DNA of 64,000 nt from Callorhinchus milii (taxonomy: Eukaryota), in contig NW_024704743.1 in assembly GCF_018977255.1 (NCBI RefSeq), positions 85,562,001-85,626,000 of the forward strand, read 5' to 3'. The notes under the pieces are model-generated. The model did no database searches, had not been told where the DNA came from, and saw only the letters and a list, made by a program, of their open reading frames with translations. Within the stretch, counting starts at the first letter, position 1; each line of letters begins with the position of its first letter. Below are positions 27,245 through 39,111 of this stretch, piece by piece. The position numbers and the translations under genes are program-made.

Positions 27245-28340
27245 CCCAACTTCATCTCCACAAATGGCTTCTCCTCCAGCCCCTGCACCATCTCGTGTAG
27301 CATTCCTCAGGGCTCTGTCCTTGGCCCCTCCTCGTCAATATCTATATGCTCCCTCTTGGTGACATCATCCGCAGACATGGGGTCAACTTCCACATGAATG
27401 CAGATGACACCCAACTCTATCTCTCTGCCTCTACCCTCGACTCCAGGACCACTGTTGACCAGACAGAATGTCTATCAGACATCAAGTCCTGGATGAGAGT
27501 TAATTTTCTTCAGTTGAATGTCAAAAAGACCGAGGCTCTCCTGATTAGGTCCCGTCAGCACCTCCTCACCTCAGGCACTGGCAGCATCACCATCCATGGT
27601 TGCACCCTCCACCTTGTTAAGCCAGTCCGGAACCTTGCTGGTGTGTTTGACCCTCAACTATCCTTTCTACCCAACATCTGCACCATGAATCGCTCTGCCT
27701 TCCCCCATCTCTGCAACATCGCCCGGCTCCGCCACTGTCTCACACCACAGGCGAAAGCATCAATGCTTGACTATGCAAACTCATTGCTTGTCGATGTCCC
27801 CAACTCCTCCCTCCATAGGCTGCATTTCATCCAGAACTCTGCATCCCACGTCTCTCCCACACCAGGCTCCATGACCCAATTTCCCCCATCATCGTCCGAC
27901 TCCATTGGCTTCCCATCACACAGAGGATACAGTTCAAGATCCTGGTCTTCAGCTTCAAAGCCCTCCATGGTCTTGCTCCCCCTTACCTCTGTGACCTCCT
28001 AACTCCCTACCATCCTGCTCGCTCCCTCCGATCAGTGGGCTTCGGCTTGCTTCACGTCTCCGCCTCGCTCACTCCACTATTGGTGGACGGGCCTTCTGCC
28101 AATCTGCCCCCACTCTCTGGAACTCCATCCCGCAGTTCCTCCGCCTTGATCCTTCCCTTGCCTCTTTCAAGATCCATCTCAAGACCCTCCTCTTCGACCG
28201 TGCTTTCGATCTCCTTGCTTCCGCCCCTGCCCTCCACCCCTCCTGACCCCCAACCTGGGTCCGAAACTCTGTCTGTCCAGCACCTTGGGATGTCCTCCCG
28301 ATGTGAAAAGCGCTGTACAAATGTAATCTTGTTGTTGTTG
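27245..28340 (+). mobile_element. L2 LINE, 5'-truncated
   Basis: [30 protein letters not shown]; frameshifts; (TTG)n tail. Confidence 0.9.
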
Positions 28341-28879
28341 CAAAGATAATAATCCTCATTATTATCATTAATATTTAATAATATTACTAATTATTAATAT
28401 GAATAACAATATGTATAATAATAATCATAATAATGGTAGTAAGTGTTCCTCAGGAAGTGCTGATTTCAGAGAATGGTTTCCCTCAGATACAAGTTGGTGA
28501 AAGGTGCTCTGTTCCTGCTTGAAGCAAGCACCTCTGGTTACATTAGCTGTTTACTTGTTTCAAATAGTTCTTAGTAATGTAATGACAAATCCTTGCATTT
28601 GATGTAGTTCCTTGTCATGTCGTTGAGAAGCTGTTCAGAGGATTTTATTGTGAAGAATTGTGAAATATTTGTAAGTGAACGCAACAGCTGATTTGCGCAC
28701 AACAGCCCCCCTTCCCCCAGCTCTCTCCCGGCTTGGGGTCCCTCTCAATCATTACAAAGTGCTTTGAGACGTTCTCTCAAAGTGAACACCGCCATATATA
28801 TTTATACTTATGTGTGTATATATACACTAAAAACGGTATATATATTTATTTATGTGTGTGTAAATTGTTATTTATTGTT

Positions 28880-29100
28880 GATACCTCTTTTCAAATAGTG
28901 CCATGGGATCTTTAATGTCCAGCTAAACAGGCAGACAGGACCTCGATTTAACATCTCAGTCGAAGGATAGCACCTCTGACAGTGCAGCATACCCCAGTAC
29001 TGCATTGGAATGACAGACGAGACTCTGAGTTCAAAGTCCTGACTTGAGGCTTCATCCCACAATCTTCTGAATCGAGAGTGCTACCAACTGAGCCTGACTG
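28880..29100 (-). mobile_element. Deu-domain SINE (5' part)
   Basis: CTGTCAGAGGTGC..GAGATGTTAAATCGAGGTCC..TTAAAGATCCCATGGCACT resembles the Deu domain of AmnSINE1/SacSINE1. Confidence 0.75.
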
Positions 29101-30137
29101 ATTCATAATTTCACATCCTTTGATTTTATTCCATTGGTTTTCTAAATCTCTCTGCATTATTTAAATTCTGCTCATTTATATACTGCTCGTACAAATTTAA
29201 AGTTTGTATGTTTGTGTACAGCGGGTGTTTGTGTTTGTTTAACAGCTGTGATGTAAAAAAAAACTATTGTTTGATTAATAAACTGTTATTTACATTCCAA
29301 CAAACTTGTTTTCTTTTCAAAAATCAGTCTGCTATAAACGTGCGCTGAATTTACAGCTGGACTGAATGCCATAACAGTACACAGACACGATGATCATGAG
29401 AGGAGTTTGGATGAGGAAAATCCTTTGACCCATTTAATTTCATACTTTCAGAATACCCACCCAACCATCCTCTTATCATACCATCAAGCTAAATTGTGTG
29501 TCCTGGCCTCAACTATTGATTTGCAATGCCCAAAGAGAGTGAGATTCTCAGAGTGAACACACCATCTTATAGTGCGTGATTGTAGAGGCATTCAAATTGT
29601 CTGAGCTACAGCCTGACCAAACCACACACGTATCATTGCTATGGTTCAATAGTTTGAGAACTGGGACAAACAGCTAAGCTGTTTTGTACCTCCCTCCAAG
29701 CGACACACACAAAATATTCCTGCCGCCATCCCAGTGCACAAATAAGTTTGCCTGACCCTCAGTCCTATCACCACCAGCAATTTAAATGTGAATGTCTACT
29801 CAATTACTTTGGCATGAACACCACAGCCATATAAATAATGGTCTTTGGAAAGTGGATCCAGGAAGACAATTAACAATTCAATAATCCTATCACTTAATGC
29901 ATCAACAACAGATAGCATGTTTAGACATGTTCTTTTTATTCATTTCTCATTGTGACAATGAGTAATTCATCAGACTCTTATAGGATATATTCAGTGGTAT
30001 TGATAGTGGGAAAGTACAATTCGAAACTTAAGATAAAACTTCTTTATATCAGATAATACATTACAGTTTGAACTGGTACAGTGTCTAGTAGTTTTTAGCT
30101 AAGCATTAAATGTAATTATTTCTTATTTACAAAAAAA

Positions 30138-30527
30138 GAATCCTTGCATTTGATATAACCCCTTTCACGATTGGAGGATGTCTTGAAGCTCTTTATGGGA
30201 TTTACTGTAAAATGCAATAATTGTGTATTTTATAAATGAACATGGTAACTACTTTGCACACAGCAATGTTCCACAAACAGCCATGAATTGAATGATCAAT
30301 TTATCTGGTGTATTGTTGTCCAGGACATTGGGAGTAATGCCATCAGACCTCCTAAACAGGCAGATTGAACTTCGGTTTAACATCTAATGCGAACAAAGAC
30401 ACCTCCAACAATGTAATACTCTCCCAACATTATATTGGATTACTAGCTGCGATTTTCAAGTCCCAACCTGGGGCCACAATCCTCTGACTCAGAGGTAAGA
30501 GTGCTACCAACTGCAGCAGGCGGACAT
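30138..30527 (-). mobile_element. Deu-domain SINE, degraded full length
   Basis: tRNA-like head, Deu core, shared tail. Confidence 0.7.
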
Positions 30528-31140
30528 CCTTCATTTTCCATATTTACCGATTTTGCATCTACTGAATAAGCAAGCTAACTACCGATTCCTTCATGACTCG
30601 TGAAGTTGCTTCATTTGGCATCGTGAGGGGCATTTTTGTTCTGTTTATCCAGGAAACTGAAGCAAGCTCTGTAGATTCAATTACCACTAACGTATACTAC
30701 CAAGTGTGAAACATGCAAGAACATGCACCAAGTTGGCTGAAACCATTCAATTGGTTCCCTCTGACGTGAAAGGCGCTATACAAATGTAATCTGTTGTTTG
30801 TTGTTGCTGCCTCTTTTCTGGAGACACTTGCAGTATACAGGGTTGTTTTCACGCTGCTCAGTCATTTGAAACCAATGAAAGTCTCTTAAGCCCCTCAGTA
30901 ATTATGCCATTGTTGAGTTTCACTGCGGAGGTTTGATGTACAGACTCAATTAAAAAATGAATGGCCAGGGAAGGAGGCACAGCATGTTGGAACAGAAATG
31001 CACTGCAAGTGAGATACGGGTTTATGTACATAATTCACAAGTGAGCGAGAGGAGCTGGGTTCGATTCTCAGGCAGTGCAAAACGTTGGGTAAGTTTCTTT
31101 ACTCCACATGCATCTGTTTACCTAGCAGTAAGTAAGGACC

Positions 31141-32230
31141 TCGTCCCTCAGGGCTCTGTCCTCGGTCCCCTCCTTTTCAGCCTCTATATGCTCCCCCTTG
31201 GTGACATCATCCGCAGACATGGAGTTAACTTCCACATGTATGCGGATGACACCCAACTCTACCTTTCCTCCTCTACCCTCAACTCCACGACCACCGATGT
31301 CCTGACAGTCTGCCTGTCCGACATCGAGTCCTGGACGAGAGACAACTTTCTTCAGCTCAACGTGCGCAAAACTGAGGCCCTCCTGATTGGCTCACGTCAG
31401 CGCCTCCGCACCTCAGGCGCTGACACCATCAGCATCCAAGGCTGCACTCTCCACCTCTCAAAGCCGTCAGGAACCTCGGGGTTCTGTTCGACCCTGAGCT
31501 GTCCTTTCTCCCTCATATCCGCGCCACAACTGGCACCGCCTTCCATCGCCTCCAGAATATCGCCAGACTACGGCACTACCTCACCCCTCACGCTGCTGAA
31601 ACTCTGGTCCACGCCTTTATCACCTCAAGGCTGGACTATGGGAACTCTTTCCTCGCCGGCCTTCCCGGCACCTCCCTCCACAAGCTGCAGGTCATTCAGA
31701 ACTCTGCAGCTCGTGTACTGTCCCGCACCAGGCTTCGGGACCACATCACTCCCACCCTCGCTCGCCTCCACTGGCTCCCCATCCCCCAGAGGATCGAATT
31801 CAAGATCCTCATCCTCACCTACAAGGCCATTCACGGCCTTGCTCCCTCCTACCTCTCTGACCTACTATCCCCCTACCTACCTGCCCGTACCCTCCGTTCC
31901 TCTGGCTCCGGTCTGCTCCACATCCCCCGCCCCAACCGCCCTACCATCGGTGGCCGGGCCTTCAGCCTCTCAGCCCCCAGGCTCTGGAACTCTATCCCCC
32001 AGTGCCTTCGCCGCTTCCACCCTTTCCTCCTTCAAGGCCGGTCTCAAGACCTTTCTCTTTGACCGTACCTTCAGCTCCCCTCTCGACTCTCTACCCCCTC
32101 CTCGCTCCCTCCCTTCCCTCCCCTCACCCTGACCATTTCCCCCCTGCTCAGGTCCTGACCCAACTGTACAGCGCCTTGGGACGTCCTCCTGACGTGAAAG
32201 GCGCTCTATAAATGGAACCTTGTTGTTGTT
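31141..32230 (+). mobile_element. young 5'-truncated L2 LINE inserted inside a SINE
   Basis: [40 protein letters not shown]; frameshift near 31465; intact 3' stem-loop and (TTG)n. Confidence 0.93.
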
Positions 32231-33177
32231 ATTTGTCGATTGGCGGACTGCTTTTCCGGGGTAATAATAAATAAATTATAATAATTTGTTCACTCAATCC
32301 ACGACTGTTTATGGAACACTGCTGTGCGAAAGTGGCTGGGGTCCACAAACATAGTCAATTTACTTTACAGTATATTCTGTGAAGCACTTTGACACCTCTT
32401 GAAGATGTGATAAGGGGTTATATCAAATGCAAGGATTATTATTAATTCTCACAGAACGTGTTCCCACTGACTAGGAGGTACTGAATAGATTTCATAGGGA
32501 GAGACAACTGTAAGGCCCTCATTCTAGGCCAGCCTCTTAACCATCCAATTTAGACTAAGGACAATGGAAAATAAAGAGGAAAAAGTATAAATGCTTCAAA
32601 AAGAGAATGTGATTTTTAAAAACAAAGCTGAAATGAAACACTAGAATGACCCAGAAGTTAACTGTTTGGTGCTTATAATGAACCTTTAACTTCATTTGTT
32701 CAGTTCCTTACAGTACCTTCACTTAACCACCTCAAAGGCCCTTTATAAATAAACAGATATTTGTAGTGCATCATAATTTGATGGATGCAGGTCGGCTCCT
32801 TGGCATTGTTTGCTAATTATACTTTTAGGTTCACTTACAAAAGCAGGTCTCTATGAATAGGTGAGTTCCAACTCAGCAGCTAGAAATTCCACTTATTCTT
32901 AGTGTCTAAGACCATTTCCCTGGCAGGGCAAGATATTAGTGTGACATTAGCACACATATATACATCTTACCATGGGGTATCAGCTTGGTCAGTTGGTAGC
33001 ATTCTTGCCGCTGAATCAGAGGGTGTAGGTTTAAGACCCACTTCAGTACTTGGAACTCCTATAGTCAAGACTGATATTCCAGTGTCAAACTGTGGGTGTG
33101 CTGCTTTGTCAGAGGTGCCGTTCTTTGCATGAGATGTTAAAGCAAGGTCCTGAGAGCCTATTCAGGCAGATATTAAC

Positions 33178-33524
33178 GATTAGAGTACTCGCCTCACAAG
33201 CAAGAGACCTGGGTTCGCTTTCCAGTAGGGCGATACTTTGGGCAAGTTTCCTTACTCCACATGCCTGGTTACCTAGCAGTAAGTAGGAACCTGGTTGTTA
33301 GTCGATTGGCGGATTCCTTTTCCGGGGGTAATAATTCCTTCAAAAAAAATAATAATAAATTGGTCACTCAATCCAGGACTGTTTGTGAGACACTTCCGTG
33401 AGCAATTGGCTGCCGCGTTTCACCCGCAAAATTTAGTCAATTCACTTTACGGTTTATTCTGTGAAGCACATTGTGATGTCTCGAAGACATGATAAGGCGC
33501 TATATCAAATGCCGAGATTATTAA
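33178..33524 (+). mobile_element. tRNA-derived SINE, long subtype, nested in a Deu-domain SINE
   Basis: Head at 33178; Deu-SINE halves on either side (~32975-33177 and ~33527-33745). Confidence 0.85.
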
Positions 33525-34242
33525 TGTCCGAAAAGAGAGTTTTTGCTGGTGTCCTGGCCATCAATTCCCCAATAAAATTGATCCCTCACTTCATGGCTAT
33601 TTTGTGGCACTTCACAACCTTCTCGTGCGCAACATGGCTGCTGTGTTTGCCCACAAAACACACACTTTACATTATATCCTGTGAAGCAATTTGAGACATC
33701 CTGCTGATATGAATGGCACTATACCAAATGTAAGGATATTATTAAGAATACGTTACCGTGAAGCTATATTTAACTCCCTATCTATACTCATTTACAGAAG
33801 TAACAGTACTTAAAATGAACTGTCAGTCACTAATAATATCAATAATATCACCATTCCATCAATAATACTGTGCTTACTTTTGATATACAACTTCATTATG
33901 TTATAGCTTCATATTTTTTAGAGTAACATTTGTTGTATGTCTGTTATAATATAGCAACACTCCATAAACAACAGTGAGATGAATGGCCACTAAAAACTGT
34001 ATTGTTTATGACTGTGATGGGGAAGGAATGCTGGCCCAAACGTTATTGCTGCAGAACCTTTAAATTCCACCTTTGAAAGCCAGACGGTTGCTTAGTTCAA
34101 CATGTTATTTGAAAGGTGGTGCATTTAACACTGTAACAGATCATTTCACCTCATCTTACTCAAGGTATAAAATTCTGCATTCTATTGTGTACAGGAGCCT
34201 AACCCTCCAAAATTCCAGTATTAATGGTCATGAAAATGTTTA

Positions 34243-34660
34243 GGTGTCAGCCTGGCTCAGTTGGTACCACTCTCGCCTATGAGACAGATGGTTGTGGGTT
34301 CAAACAACATGTTGAGACACTGAGCTCAGAATGGGTTAAAATTCCAATTTGATGTTGTGGGAGGACTACATTATTCAAGATGTTGATTTTTGGATGAGAC
34401 TTTAAACCAAAGTACTGTTTACCTGTTCAGGTGTATGTTAAAGACCTTATTGAAAAGAGAAGGGTCTTTCTCCAGGTATCCTGGCCGATAATCCCATAGA
34501 TAAAATTGGTAATTCACATCGTAGCTCTTTGCAAATCATAAATTATCTGTTGCACTTACGTACAAAAATAGGCTTTCACCATAGTCTTTCACTTTCCAGT
34601 AAGTGTTACAAGATGTCCTCCCACTGGGAAAGGCACTCGATCAAATACAAGTCATTCTTA
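34243..34660 (+). mobile_element. Deu-domain SINE
   Basis: GTGTCAGCCTGGCTCAGTTGGTA head, Deu core, tail. Confidence 0.75.
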
Positions 34661-35838
34661 TCAGTAGAGTTCATTCACGAGAGCTCTTCTGGATTGGATT
34701 TTGGAGCTTACTTCTAGCACCCCTTGGAGTCTTGTTTTATTCTCTTTTGTTATTGATAAATTAAACAATGTGCATGCATTCTTTAAGGGTCACTAACATC
34801 TTAAATTTGGTTGAATTATAACAAGGTTTTCTTGTGCATGGATTTTGTTTCACGTTTTTGGCAGTTACTCGTCTATTCTACTCTTCAAGAGGAATAGAGA
34901 CACTACCCGCGTGAAGAGTACTATATAAATGCAAGTTATTGTTATTCATGTTACCTGTGTATGTTATGTAGGAAAATAGATCAATCAACTCTTTAGAAGA
35001 TCTATATGCTTTATAAAACCTCCTGTAAACTTTGTCCCAACTGTTGACTAGTAGGGGAACAAGGAGGGGAAGTTAGGTGGACAGAAATAGTATGGGAATG
35101 GGTTTAAGTGATAATAATAGTAATCCTTGCATTTGCTAAAGCACCTGATCATGTCTTCGAGATGTCTCAAAGCGCTTCACAGAATATACTGTAAAGTGAA
35201 TTGACTGCATATTTTGTGGGTGATGAAAGAGGAATGTTTACAAGTACAATATGTTTGACGAAGCATCGGTAAGCCAGATTTAACCAAGAAGAAACAATGG
35301 GGTGAGGGAAGAATCAAAAAAGAGCCTTTCTTTATACGTCCAGAATTCACGATAACCACTATTGACACTGGAATACTCCAGGATGTTTTGGCAATTTATT
35401 ACGAAAATAAATGAAGTACCCATAGTTTGAAGGTATCAAATATCAAATTATTTTTCAAGCACTTTCTGAAGAGAAATCATTAAGGCCCAGCTGGCTTGAG
35501 TACCATCAAATTAATAACCTATAAATTAATAAAAAGCTAATAGTCCACAGCAATGGTTGGACTTCCCTGAAATGGAATCGATGCAACATCATGGTTGTAG
35601 GCGAAATATTCTAGCACTCTCCAAATTTCACAAACTCAAAAACACACACCTTTTGACCAACAGTAAACAGCAAACATACTTAATCCAGAACATCTTTAGT
35701 TTTAGGAAAATAAGTTATTTAGCAAATTTTGTCTGCTACATGATCAAATTTACCTTCTATTGTTTAATTTTGTGTGACCATGTTTATAAAGATTTTTCCC
35801 CCCCAAATGAAAATGGACCGTCATGATGTTACAACAAT

Positions 35839-35968
35839 TTTATTGAAACAGAAAGATTGCCCGATATATAGCAAACAAAATACAGAAGTATTTGGTGGAA
35901 AAGCTGTTTGTGAACCATGTTTGGGGATGTTTAAAAAAAATACACTAAGACAATGGGAGTATTTTATT
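35839..35968 (-). terminator. candidate ENY2 polyadenylation signals (AATAAA on minus strand at 35968..35963 and 35844..35839)
   Basis: tttatt hexamers on the plus strand about 160 and 280 nt past the ENY2 stop. Confidence 0.4.
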
Positions 35969-36124
35969 TGCCAAAATATTGTCGAGAATTAAAAGCTTGT
36001 CACAAAAATAAAACTATGTGCAGGCTCATTTTAGGCACTTAAGCCAGTCCAGTAACATCTGCTTTAATGTGTGGTTTGAACAATAAAGAAATCAAAATGG
36101 CAAGGTAATTTGGTCATTCCAAAT

Positions 36125-36201
36125 TCAGAGATTGGCATGCTGAGCAAGAAAAACTCTTATCTTTTGCAAGAGCTCTTTCTTCACACTGTCTGGCACAAGG
36201 G
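36125..36201 (-). CDS. ENY2: ENY2 last coding exon
   Basis: [25 protein letters not shown], then TGA. Confidence 0.96.
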
Positions 36202-38334
36202 CTGAAAGACAGAAGTTGTAAGTAGTCAAAAACATTGTTTTTTTTTAAAAAAAGGAGATTACAGGCATATATACACCAATTATACTTTGTTATTTTTGAA
36301 CATCATTTATACGGCCGGAAAATAAGTTATTTCAATTTCAGCAATAAAACAGCGATTTAGTGCCAATTTGTGAAGAATACTGATCAAATACAACACCAAC
36401 TAGCATTTATATAGAAATCTTGTAGAATACTGCTTTAGAGAACTTTAGTGATATACACACAAGCTGAGCAGAGTAGGAGAGTTAAAGGAGGGATCACCAT
36501 TGGTGCAGTCAAAGTGGTAGATATTGAAGAGGGACTTGAAGACCGATAGAGAAGGAACTGAGGGAGGGAGTTCCAGAGTGTAGGGGCATATCTCAAGATA
36601 ACTGAATATTTGCAAAACAAAACTTTGTTTATATAGTTAAAGTCTCAATACAATTTTATACAAAATTGCTCAAAAATGATGGATGCGTGACTGAAATGAG
36701 GGGGGCGGAGCAAGGTGGGGGGGGGTTGGGGGAGGAGGGGAAAGATGACCGAATACGTGGTCAAGAGTATTTAAAAAATATTTAATATATACATAAAATA
36801 TATTTTCACAAATATTTTAAAATTGTTCTATATCATATTGCATTGATCTGGTGATATGGACCGTGTTGGAGTGACGTCCTTCAGATGAAACAAACTCTAA
36901 AACCATGGTATCATCTGCTTGTTCAGTTGGACATTAATGATCTGATGACACTATTTGAAGAGTTTTGCCCAGTGTTCATGCCAAAAATTTAGTGTTTGTC
37001 TAAAAATAGAGTTAGTGCTTTTGACAGCAATTAGCTATTAAGCACTTTTGATAATCTTGAACATCATAGACCCCATTTCAAAATGCAGGGACTATTTATT
37101 AATATTCTTCGTAACTTAAAAAAGCTTGACATACCTCGACCTTTTGGAGTTATTTCTGACACCAAATCATCCACCGTGACGTGTTCTAATCCTCTCTCTC
37201 TGATCACATCTGGAGGAGGAAATAATTTCAGATCAGAAAGGATATAATCTGCTCAGGAAGGAGATAATCTGCCACATGAACACGAAGGGCCCAATAAAGG
37301 AGTTTAATTATTTGTTTCAAAGAATAAACTTTGAGATTAGTCAAATACATTATACACTATCAAAATATAATTTTTTCAGTTTCTAAGAACATCTGAAATG
37401 TTGCGCATTAAACCTCCAGGTTGGGTCTTGTAATCAGAATCCAGGCTGATATTCTAGTATAGTAGTGGCAGAATGGGCCATGTTTTGAATGAGACATCAA
37501 ACCTGTCTGTCCTCAGGTGAACATAAAAAAAANTATTCAAAAAGAGAATGGAGTTTCTCTTGGTGTCCTGTCCAATCACCCTCCATATTAGTCAATTATT
37601 CATTTCGCCCACAAAATATACAGTCAATTCACTTTACAGTATAGTCTGTGAAGCGCTTTGAGACGTCTCGAAGATGTGATAAGGCGCTATATCAAATGCA
37701 AGGATTATTATTATCTGATGATTGTCTGTGGGACCTTGCCTTGCATTCAAAAAAGTCACTACACTTGGACAATAATTACTATAAAGCACTTTGAAATGTT
37801 TCTAGGTACAAGTTCTTTAGTCCCTATAACATAAAAGGCAACAGTTATTAAGATAGTAAGAGGCAATTGGGCCCTTTTTTAATGCTTTTCAAACCAGCTA
37901 CTTGCCTTCTGACCATCTCTCAATCCCTTCTTTTACAAAACATATACACAGTAGTTGACTCTTGAACCAATTTATACCTTGTTTCAATGGTCTCCACTGC
38001 TAACTTTTCCACATGTCTATTATCATTTGTGTAAAGATGTTTCTTATGATTTGACATTCTGCTCCTTGATACCTTATACATTACCTTTACAGAGTGCTTT
38101 TAACTGATCTCTCCATCCACATTCAATAAGTTTTGTTCGAAGTAAATCCTTCAGACTATGAAAAAGGCAGACCAGAATGAATATACAGAGCATATACTGC
38201 AGAAATTAAAATGCATTTAAGCTAAAATAATGGACACCATCTCACCGATCTCGTTCTCCTGTTTCTACCAGCCTCTGATTTATAGTTGCTCGTAGTTGTG
38301 TGTCTTTACTGGGTGATCGTAGGTCTTTACTCAT
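36125..38334 (-). CDS. ENY2: ENY2 transcription and mRNA export factor (SAGA DUB module / TREX-2; Sus1 homologue), 103 aa; join(38334..38246, 38155..38085, 37209..37135, 36201..36125)
   Basis: Spliced ORF of 312 nt: [107 protein letters not shown] introns. Absent from the ORF track because the exons are short. Confidence 0.96.
37135..37209 (-). CDS. ENY2: ENY2 coding exon 3
   Basis: [25 protein letters not shown]; 75 nt. Confidence 0.96.
38085..38155 (-). CDS. ENY2: ENY2 coding exon 2
   Basis: [23 protein letters not shown]; 71 nt. Confidence 0.96.
38246..38334 (-). CDS. ENY2: ENY2 first coding exon (whole exon 38343..38246, ATG at 38334)
   Basis: [30 protein letters not shown]; donor gtgaga. 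Confidence 0.92.
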
Positions 38335-38601
38335 TTTGGAAACCTACTAACTGAAATACATTAATGAAATTCTGAGGTTGAGAAGTACAGAAAAAACCCT
38401 TACTACAATTATCACTTCTGCAACATGCACAAAAGAGCAAGTGAGGCAAATCAGAATATAATTAAGGTATATGTGTGGACCAAGTGTACAAAAGAACAAA
38501 ACTTCCACTGTTCTGAATAAGAACTGATATCTACTTGATAAGAGCCAATTGAGAAGGATCAGACATGTTCTTAGCTGTCATTAAGATTATGTTGTACTAT
38601 A

Positions 38602-39111
38602 CAGTAAAACGTACACAAGTCATATCAGTCAGGACCATCACATTTAATATGACTTATCTGAAATTGCAGGCAAACTGGTGTGTCATAAAATCCAATTTAA
38701 TCAATAATCTACACTACACATGCGGAATTCAATGCAGCCGGTAAATGCACATGGGGTAGATAGTTTGTCACTAAAGTTGGTAAGTGCACATGTGGCGAAG
38801 CGGCGAGCCTACTTTTCTCACGATTCAATGTACCTTGATCCGTCCCCGCATTCACTTACCGTCAAGAATTAGAATTGCATTGAATCGAGGGAGATGAAGT
38901 TCTTCTGAGTAGGTTTCCAGTTATTCAATGCAGCCGGTAAGTGCAGGAGTAATGGAGTAATAGGGGAGTTGCGTTACGAGTTAGGAGACGATTAATACGA
39001 CTAGTGGAAATAAATAAGTGGTTTTGGTAGAAATCTGAATGGGACTCGGGCGATTGTACGACTTAGGCGATTATACAATTAACAAAGATAAAACTTATGC
39101 AAGTTTTACTG
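38602..39111. mobile_element. non-autonomous Tc1/mariner-pogo type element (MITE)
   Basis: TA|CAGTAAAACGTACACAAGTCATATC ... GATAAAACTTATGCAAGTTTTACTG|TA: imperfect 25-bp TIRs, TA flanks. Confidence 0.75.

Noticed and set aside
30957..32132. 391-aa ORF as a domesticated RT gene
   Set aside because: A chance read-through from unique DNA and a SINE head into a 5'-truncated L2 that shifts out of the RT frame near 31465
35218..35400. Box C/D snoRNA starting at GTGATGA
   Set aside because: No box D CTGA with a terminal stem at a suitable distance, and it sits at a SINE truncation junction
20828..36124. An additional gene between PKHD1L1 and ENY2
   Set aside because: The ORFs there are repeat-derived or short without recognisable domains, and I could not build a consistent exon chain
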